Source: a virus (lineage: Duplodnaviria; Caudoviricetes). From it: a DNA stretch of 39,271 bases. A program made the translations under genes and the position numbers. Below the pieces are notes generated by a model. That model was not told where the DNA came from and made no database searches. It was given only the letters and a program-made list of their open reading frames with translations. Shown in pieces: positions 33,436 through 39,271 of this stretch; position 1 is the stretch's first letter, and the number at the start of each line of letters is the position of its first letter. The stretch lies in IMG/VR virus record IMGVR_UViG_3300046382_000011, positions 1-39,271 of that record; one strand, given 5' to 3'.

Positions 33436-35439
33436 TTACCTCCGGGGTAACGATGTGAAATAGGTTGCACCCTGCGGATTAGTAGCAGAAGACAGGTCTT
33501 CCGGCAAGGTGTTTTGTCGCGATGTTAGCACAAATACTGCCGACTCCAGCCCCTCCAGCAACGTGCGATGCGCGCCTCGCTCAGGCTCCGCCGCGAGTTG
33601 CCCTGTCTTGCTGACCGGATAACAGTAACCCCCCGCGAGGGCGTTCAACGCCTGCCGCGCGTTGCTGTCAACCAGCAACAGGCGCTTGCCCTTCATCTCC
33701 GTGCGGATCATGGGCGACAGCGCGCCGCGCGCCATGCTCGGGTAGGCTCCGCGCATCGGGTTCATCTTCGCCGTCCGCAGGGCGGTCATCAGCGGCATGC
33801 GGTCCGCCTGGTCTGCCACATCACCCGGTATCCACGCAGTAAGGCGCGACCTTGGAAAGGCAGCCCGTACAAGTTGGACAATATCCGGCACTCCCGCTGC
33901 TGGAGCCATTGGCGAAACCCAATCGGTAATGACGACCAGTCGCTCACCTTCCACACTAACGAGGACAGCCGTAGTCTCTGATCCACTAGCATTAAAACAA
34001 AGCGCCAGCGCATCACGTTGAGTCGGTTCGTAGCCATCCACAATATTCCACTGCCCGAAGTCTTCATAGACCGGTACTCCTGAGAACACACGCTGCGCAT
34101 ACGCCAGCGCGTTGAGAATGTCGCGTTTGCCCGAAGGAAAGTTGAGTATCTCCGCGACCAGTTGCGCGTGCTGCCCGCGCCCACCCACCAGCACCACGTC
34201 CCCGGCTTCGAAGAACGGTTGCAGGCCCATGATGAAACTTTCCTTGCTCCGATCCTGTGGAGCCATCACCGCCTTGAGCGGCAGGCTCACCCCGCGCCGC
34301 AACATCTCCGCGCGCATTGGCTGAAGCAACCACTCGTCCAGGGAGTTCTTTTCAATCGCCACATTCGCATCATCAAACCGGCGCGACGTGTCAAACGCAT
34401 CCGCGATTATCTGGTCCGGCTTCCAGTACTCGCCGGAACTCGCGTGCACGTAGATTCTTGTGCCAAGCCGTGATAAGACAACCCTGCCAGTACGATCAGA
34501 ACTAGTGACGCTGGCAGTACGAGCCGGGTCCACCACCAGTGTTTTGGGTAGCCATGGGGCAGGGTCGAGTGCAATTTCACGGATATGCTCACTTTCGAAA
34601 GGTTTATCCTGACTGCCGATCGCCATCAGCATCAGTTCCTGAAGAAACCCGCGCAGCTGCCCGGCCTTCTCGTACCGGTCGCGTTCCTTCCGGATCCACT
34701 CCATCGGGAAGCGTTCCGGCCAGAGTGCCTCGGTTGCCGGGTCATCGATATCCCCGTTGCAGATCGGAAAGCGTAACGTCGTCCACTGGTCGTCCGCACG
34801 CAGCCGCGACACAAGGCAGTCTTCCGCCAATGGTGTCTGCGTTACCCGTACCTTGCGCTTCTCCTTGTCCATCGCGGGGATCAGTTGCAGGTAGAGCTTC
34901 CTCAAGGTGGCGTCCACTGCCGCCTTGTCCTTCACCATCGTCTCGTTCTCGATGTCGTCCAGGTACGCGCGGTCCGGGCGCCAGTCGTGCCACTTGAAGC
35001 CCCGCAGTTCTTCCTCCCACCCGTGCGCCTCCAGCAGCACACCGTTCGGAAGCTCGAACTGGTGCTCGTTCCACAGGCGCCCGCGATGCCCGGTCAGCTT
35101 CCCGAAGAGCGTGAGCAACTTCATGTTCTTCGCGGCTTCGTTCTTTATCGCCTCAAGTCTTTGACAAGCTTTTGTGTACGTCTCGCCGATGATGAGGCAG
35201 TAGTTGAAGTTGGCGAAACACGCCTCCATCAGCAGATGCTCTTCCGACAGGGTGGACTTCGCCGCGCTCCGGAATGCTTCGATCAGCACCAGTTCGTCAG
35301 CACTGCGCCACGCGTCCATGATCTGTACGTGGAACGGGGGGCTGGCCTGCGGATGCCGGTGCGGGAACAGCATGGCACTCGCCAGTGCCCGGTCTTCCGA
35401 GATTACCCTGAGCGTGGCAGCGCTTGTGAGTCCTGTCAT
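33436..35439 (-). CDS. terL: Terminase large subunit with C-terminal extension
   Basis: Walker A FRSAAKST, LRG, RPDRAYLDDIE (Walker B), TPLAEDCL, LWPERF, VVDPA, EILNFPSGKRDILNAL. Confidence 0.9.
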   Translation of the reverse strand: MTGLTSAATLRVISEDRALASAMLFPHRHPQASPPFHVQIMDAWRSADELVLIEAFRSAAKSTLSEEHLLMEACFANFNYCLIIGETYTKACQRLEAIKNEAAKNMKLLTLFGKLTGHRGRLWNEHQFELPNGVLLEAHGWEEELRGFKWHDWRPDRAYLDDIENETMVKDKAAVDATLRKLYLQLIPAMDKEKRKVRVTQTPLAEDCLVSRLRADDQWTTLRFPICNGDIDDPATEALWPERFPMEWIRKERDRYEKAGQLRGFLQELMLMAIGSQDKPFESEHIREIALDPAPWLPKTLVVDPARTASVTSSDRTGRVVLSRLGTRIYVHASSGEYWKPDQIIADAFDTSRRFDDANVAIEKNSLDEWLLQPMRAEMLRRGVSLPLKAVMAPQDRSKESFIMGLQPFFEAGDVVLVGGRGQHAQLVAEILNFPSGKRDILNALAYAQRVFSGVPVYEDFGQWNIVDGYEPTQRDALALCFNASGSETTAVLVSVEGERLVVITDWVSPMAPAAGVPDIVQLVRAAFPRSRLTAWIPGDVADQADRMPLMTALRTAKMNPMRGAYPSMARGALSPMIRTEMKGKRLLLVDSNARQALNALAGGYCYPVSKTGQLAAEPERGAHRTLLEGLESAVFVLTSRQNTLPEDLSSATNPQGATYFTSLPRR

Positions 35440-36218
35440 TGCAGCTGCGTGTTATCGATCAGGATGCCTTCGAACGCCGCAAAACCGTCCACGGTGCCCG
35501 TCACTGCCTTGACGCGCGTCGTCAGTGTCGTCTGCTGCGGCACCAGCGCCCCCACGATCACACTGCGCTGAACCGGGAACAGCGGCCCCGCCAGGTACTC
35601 ATTGGTTGTCTGGATCGTGCCGTTGATCGCATTGATCCGTGTAAAACTGAACTGGATCACGCTCGCCGCGCCCGTGCCGCCGCACTCAAACAGCAGGTCC
35701 GTCACCAGCAGCGTGAACCCCGCCGGCACCGTGTAGATCGCCTGCTTCGCGTACCCGTAACCCGCACGCGCAATCGCCTGGGTGGCCCCCGCGCCTGTCA
35801 CGCGCAATGTCACGTCCCCCGCGTTGACCTGACCACTCCCGCCACTGGCGATAATCAGCCCGTTCACACGCAGATAGCTGTTTACCGTCTGCACGGGCGT
35901 CACGCCCGCCATCGTCAGGACTTCACTGATGACGTTGTAGTTCGCGTCCAGTCCTGTGAGCGTGAACGTCCGTGCGCCCGTACCTGCTGCCGTGTCACTG
36001 GCTGAAGCGGACAAAATTTCCAGTTTGGTTGCCGCCGCCTGAAACGGATACGCGCCGCTACCCTCCCACGCGTCAGCACCTGCCGTGATCGGGCTTGGAT
36101 GGTGCCCGTACAGCGCAACGCGGGAATGACCGGCGATCCGGTTCAGCGTCGCCCCCAAGGGGAATTCTACCGACACCGCATCCTGCGATGTGCTCTTCAC
36201 GTATCCATTATTCGCCAT
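35436..36218 (-). CDS. Hypothetical beta-rich virion-type protein
   Basis: GGAGG RBS; SASASDTAAGTGART..GLDANY motif; coupled to terL. Confidence 0.65.
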   Translation of the reverse strand: MANNGYVKSTSQDAVSVEFPLGATLNRIAGHSRVALYGHHPSPITAGADAWEGSGAYPFQAAATKLEILSASASDTAAGTGARTFTLTGLDANYNVISEVLTMAGVTPVQTVNSYLRVNGLIIASGGSGQVNAGDVTLRVTGAGATQAIARAGYGYAKQAIYTVPAGFTLLVTDLLFECGGTGAASVIQFSFTRINAINGTIQTTNEYLAGPLFPVQRSVIVGALVPQQTTLTTRVKAVTGTVDGFAAFEGILIDNTQLQ

Positions 36219-36242
36219 ATTCCCTCCTGGGTTTCCGCGCGA

Positions 36243-36767
36243 TTATGGCACGTGCTTCCAGGTCTTGCGAGACCGGATGAAATGAATCGACACCTGCGAT
36301 ACGCCGTAGACTTCCGCCAGTGCGCGGGTCGTGGCGTTGGCGGCTCGAATCTCGCGCACGTCATCTTCGGTCAGTTTCGCCTGGTGGTGTTTTGTGCCGA
36401 TCATCTGTGTTCCGTGAAAAGTCTTATCGCGCATGTTGTCCGTGTGCGTGCCCCAGCGGAGATTTCCCAGCCAGTTGTTCAGGTGGTTCCCGTCGTTGTG
36501 CAAGCCGTCAAGATCGCCTTCCGGCGGCCCCCGGAACGCCAGCAGGACAAGACGGTGAACCTGAAACCGTTTCTGGACGTTATACGCGCTCAGCACTACC
36601 GACATGCGTGCGCCCTTCCCCCACGGCATCTGGCGAAGTTCGTTCTGGTGGACCCGTACGCCCTGTTCGTGAAGCGACGGGAGAATGCGCTTCAGGCGCA
36701 CCACCGATCCGAAATTGCTGACCTGATAAAACCCTTCATAGCCCGGTACGTCGCGCCATTCGATCAT
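36243..36767 (-). CDS. NUMOD4-HNH homing endonuclease
   Basis: EWRDVPGYEGFYQVSNFG (NUMOD4); VHRLVLLAF...HNDGNHLNN.LGNLRWGT..DN; C-terminal KLTEDDVREIR HTH. Confidence 0.92.
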   Translation of the reverse strand: MIEWRDVPGYEGFYQVSNFGSVVRLKRILPSLHEQGVRVHQNELRQMPWGKGARMSVVLSAYNVQKRFQVHRLVLLAFRGPPEGDLDGLHNDGNHLNNWLGNLRWGTHTDNMRDKTFHGTQMIGTKHHQAKLTEDDVREIRAANATTRALAEVYGVSQVSIHFIRSRKTWKHVP

Positions 36768-36905
36768 TTCCGCCTCCTGATAAGTGGTACGGCTATTCTA
36801 GTTGTTCTTGCTGAACTTATCAATGTGTTTTCGATTCGCGGATCGGGATTTGCCTGTGCAAATTTACCCACCCGATCGTCGGGGAGGGCTAGGGCCCCCA
36901 GAGTT

Positions 36906-36946
36906 GAGAATGATTATCGTTTCAGGGTGGAATGATTCTCATTATC
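36906..36946. promoter_or_regulatory. Two Fur-box-like operators upstream of the late arm
   Basis: GAGAATGATTATCGTTTCA (14/19) and TGGAATGATTCTCATTATC (15/19) versus GATAATGATTATCATTATC. Confidence 0.4.
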
Positions 36947-37254
36947 TTGATATATCAGATCGAAGTTCGATAGTTACCATTACGTTTGATAAGCAAGTCA
37001 TACCGTTATCCCTTTGCAATCAATAACTTACGAGCGTCATCATCGCTATCCGCCCTCCGCAGACCGCGATTTGCTGGCCTAGGCAACCATTATCAGCTGA
37101 TAGTGATTCGCATTCCGGAAAGGCGAGCCGGGCTGGCGATGCGTGTTTTCGAGACGCGCACAGGGAGTCATTTCGCAACAAATCCGATTCGCAAACCGCG
37201 AGCCGACAACATTTGTTGCAAGACTTTCTGTGCATACGCACGCGTTCATAATGC

Positions 37255-37282
37255 TTGTATTCTGTTTTGCAATTGCTATACT
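37255..37282 (+). promoter_or_regulatory. Promoter with the shared motif
   Basis: TTGTAT-16-TATACT; contains TTTTGCAATTGCTATACT. Confidence 0.65.
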
Positions 37283-37308
37283 GGAATCTCCACAACGGGA
37301 GACACATC

Positions 37309-37452
37309 GTGATTTCAACTCTTCACACCGAACTGATCGTGCTGGCAAACGCCTACATGGAGATGGGATGTCCGAACATGGAGATGCCACCCAGATGGCG
37401 CCATTGGCTCATCCGTCGTACGGTTGATCTCCGTCACGTGGTGTGGTGCTGA
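37309..37452 (+). CDS. Small hypothetical protein (47 aa)
   Basis: GGGAG RBS, GTG start, directly after the motif promoter. Confidence 0.5.
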   Translation: MISTLHTELIVLANAYMEMGCPNMEMPPRWRHWLIRRTVDLRHVVWC

Positions 37453-37453
37453 C

Positions 37454-37636
37454 ATGATCCGCTACGCCATCCTGATCCCCGGTGACGAGATGATCGGTTT
37501 CATCGACTACGACGGAGTGCCGACCCTGGAAATCTGTGCCGACGCGCTGGCAGCGGAAGCCGGCTTTCCGGACCGCGATTCCTTTCTCCTCGCCAACCCT
37601 GAGCTGAACACAATCGGCTTCGCGCCCATCCACTAA
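37454..37636 (+). CDS. Small acidic protein (60 aa)
   Basis: MIRYAILIPGDEMIGFIDYDG...; followed by a hairpin. Confidence 0.55.
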   Translation: MIRYAILIPGDEMIGFIDYDGVPTLEICADALAAEAGFPDRDSFLLANPELNTIGFAPIH

Positions 37637-37639
37637 CGC

Positions 37640-37670
37640 AAAACGGCCCACAACGGGCCGTCGTTCGTTT
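37640..37670. terminator. Terminator hairpin between convergent units
   Basis: ACGGCCC-ACAAC-GGGCCGT; T run on the minus strand, weaker T-rich tail on plus. Confidence 0.65.
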
Positions 37671-37684
37671 CTGCTGCCTCGGTA

Positions 37685-37870
37685 TTACTCCTGCTCAACG
37701 AAAGGCCCTTGCGCGATTCTGGCGCGGCGCGCAGCCTCTGCCAACTCGGTATCCGCGTACGTGATACACGGCTGGCACCAGAGCGGCCCTTCCCACCTCA
37801 CCAGTTCCAGCAGGCGCACGCTGAACTCCCGGCCACAGCATACGCACAGGACTGAATCATCGCGGCGCAT
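37685..37870 (-). CDS. Small Zn-finger protein
   Basis: CVCCG...WCQPC. Confidence 0.55.
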   Translation of the reverse strand: MRRDDSVLCVCCGREFSVRLLELVRWEGPLWCQPCITYADTELAEAARRARIAQGPFVEQE

Positions 37871-38105
37871 TGTGGCCTCCTGCCAGCATGGCGAGAATCT
37901 CGTCTACCGATTCCTGTACACGGTATCGGTTCATCCCGTCATCGGTTTCTGCGTCCAGTCCACGAAACACGACCAGCGTGCACGCTTCCAGAGGCACTTC
38001 CCGGAAATACTCAACATGCGAAAAGTTCAGGGCGATTTTCTTTTCAGTAGACACTTCAGTCAGAAGTAAAAACATTTCATTTTCCTTACGTAATCTAAAA
38101 GTCAA
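37857..38105 (-). CDS. Hypothetical protein
   Basis: IALN..HVEY...YRVQESVDEIL pattern; true start probably the internal MFLL. Confidence 0.55.
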   Translation of the reverse strand: MTFRLRKENEMFLLLTEVSTEKKIALNFSHVEYFREVPLEACTLVVFRGLDAETDDGMNRYRVQESVDEILAMLAGGHNAPR

Positions 38106-38114
38106 AAAGGAGGG

Positions 38115-38228
38115 TCATTCAGCTCATTCACTCATTCGCTTATAAAGCGCGAATGAGATGAATGAGGCTTCTGACTTCATTCAACCTCATTCGAATGATC
38201 TAGAATGAGCCCGAATGACCCGAATGAG
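38115..38228. repeat. GAATGA/TCATTC inverted repeat array; candidate replication origin
   Basis: Eleven hexamer copies at the primase-helicase 3' end. Confidence 0.7.
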
Positions 38229-39271
38229 GCAGGCTCAATCTTTCACCATCCTTACAAATATGGCCCGCGATTGCGATCTTCGCGATGCTTTTCCGGATGC
38301 TTTGCGACTGCGAAGGATCGTGGTCGTTCTCCCTCTGCTTCGCCTTGACGGCTTCAACGAGTTCCGTTTCTGTCATTTCGAGAGACATTCCAAGCGACGT
38401 GCGAAATACTTCATAGATGAAAATCTGTTGCTCGTTGGTCAGGGGCTTACCTTCCGCCTTGCTGATCGTCTTCGCCTCTTCCTGCACGTAGCAGGACGTG
38501 ATGACCTTGCCGCGCGGCGTCGTGCCAACCTCAACCGACTGGAGGGAAAACCCGAACTTCGCGCCGCGCTCGCCGTCCTTGAGCTTGTCCACGATCATCG
38601 TGCGATCCTTGTCTTTTGCCACGACTTCAAGCACGAAGTCCGCCCCTGCGTACAGTGAACTGGAACCGCGCATCCCCTTCGTCTCGTCCTTCCCCGTGTG
38701 GTGGACGAGCACCACCAGCGCGCCTGTGTCGTCGGACAGGATCTTGCAATGCCGCAGGACGAGAGACATATCCTTGCTGCTATTCTCATCGCCGTCGTGC
38801 GACAGTGCGAGCGTGTCAAGGAAGATGAGGCCAGCGTTCTGTGAGCGCAGCTTGATCGATCTGGAAATCGCGTGAACAGATTCGAGAGTCGCGAGGTTCG
38901 GCTGGTAATCAACAAACCACGGCATGGCGCCCGGGCCGTTGTGTTGCAGATACGCGGCAATGCGCTTCTTGATGCCATTGCCGGCCTCCGCCGCGACGTA
39001 GAAGGTATCCGCCTGTTCGATCTGCTTCAGACGCCACGCGCCGCCCCTCTGGACGGCGCACGCCATGTCGAGCGCGAAGAAGGTTTTCCCGGAACCGGAC
39101 GCGCCGTAGATGACGCCAACCTGGGCGCGCGGCACCACGTCCTCGATCAGCCAGTCGATATCCTCGAACCCAATCGCGAACTGCGAACCCTCGCTGAAGG
39201 GTACAGGATCGTCTTGAGTAGCCTGCGGATGCGGCGGCGCGGGTTTGTGTTCTTCCGCGCCTGCGACTTTC
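38200..39271 (-). CDS. Primase-helicase, C-terminal RepA/AAA_25 helicase part
   Basis: DWLIEDVVP, IYGASGSGKT, YVAAE, IFLDTL, LVHHTGKD...MRGSS, KLKDG; continuous with 944..1. Confidence 0.9.
   Translation of the reverse strand, partial: KVAGAEEHKPAPPHPQATQDDPVPFSEGSQFAIGFEDIDWLIEDVVPRAQVGVIYGASGSGKTFFALDMACAVQRGGAWRLKQIEQADTFYVAAEAGNGIKKRIAAYLQHNGPGAMPWFVDYQPNLATLESVHAISRSIKLRSQNAGLIFLDTLALSHDGDENSSKDMSLVLRHCKILSDDTGALVVLVHHTGKDETKGMRGSSSLYAGADFVLEVVAKDKDRTMIVDKLKDGERGAKFGFSLQSVEVGTTPRGKVITSCYVQEEAKTISKAEGKPLTNEQQIFIYEVFRTSLGMSLEMTETELVEAVKAKQRENDHDPSQSQSIRKSIAKIAIAGHICKDGERLSLPHSGHSGSF
39242..39271. repeat. 30-nt terminal direct repeat (copy 2)
   Basis: Identical to 1-30. Confidence 0.95.

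Noticed and set aside
36243-36767. HNH gene as part of a group I intron or intein
   Set aside because: Free-standing with its own RBS; no interrupted host gene evident
36770-37300. tRNA or structured ncRNA in the large intergenic region
   Set aside because: No cloverleaf or T-loop motif or convincing long helix seen by eye; Infernal or tRNAscan would be needed

Overview
This window looks like a complete, circularly assembled ~39.24 kb GC-rich tailed-phage genome. The first and last 30 nt are identical, and the primase-helicase ORF reads in frame across that junction. Podovirus-like morphology is inferred from the lack of a tape measure or sheath and the presence of adaptor/nozzle and ejection-type proteins; a betaproteobacterial host (Burkholderia-like) is a guess from gene content and GC. 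Layout: (i) leftward early genes (Cro/XRE HTHs, an outer-membrane beta-barrel, a LysM-like mosaic protein, AlpA, Prim-Pol/PriCT-2/AAA primase-helicase followed by a GAATGA repeat array); (ii) a rightward APSE/BPP-1-type replication arm (DUF2800 nuclease, DUF2815 SSB, family A polymerase, VRR-NUC, SNF2 helicase); (iii) a long leftward late arm (HNH, TerL, portal, scaffold, N4-gp56-type capsid, tail, lysis, ejection proteins). I recognised no integrase. Best candidates for new biology: (1) three head proteins share an N-terminal leader ending in (L/M)FPG-I, an HExxH peptidase is encoded right behind the portal, and the late arm also carries a PurD-like ATP-grasp ligase, an Asp/Asn-hydroxylase-type 2OG-Fe(II) oxygenase and a cupin, suggesting a virion-protein processing/modification system; (2) a minimal QueF-like + TGT/DpdA-like 7-deazaguanine DNA-modification cassette coupled to the polymerase; (3) an 18-bp promoter/operator motif repeated at four dispersed sites, each driving small genes. 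All family assignments come from motif recognition by eye, not from database searches.
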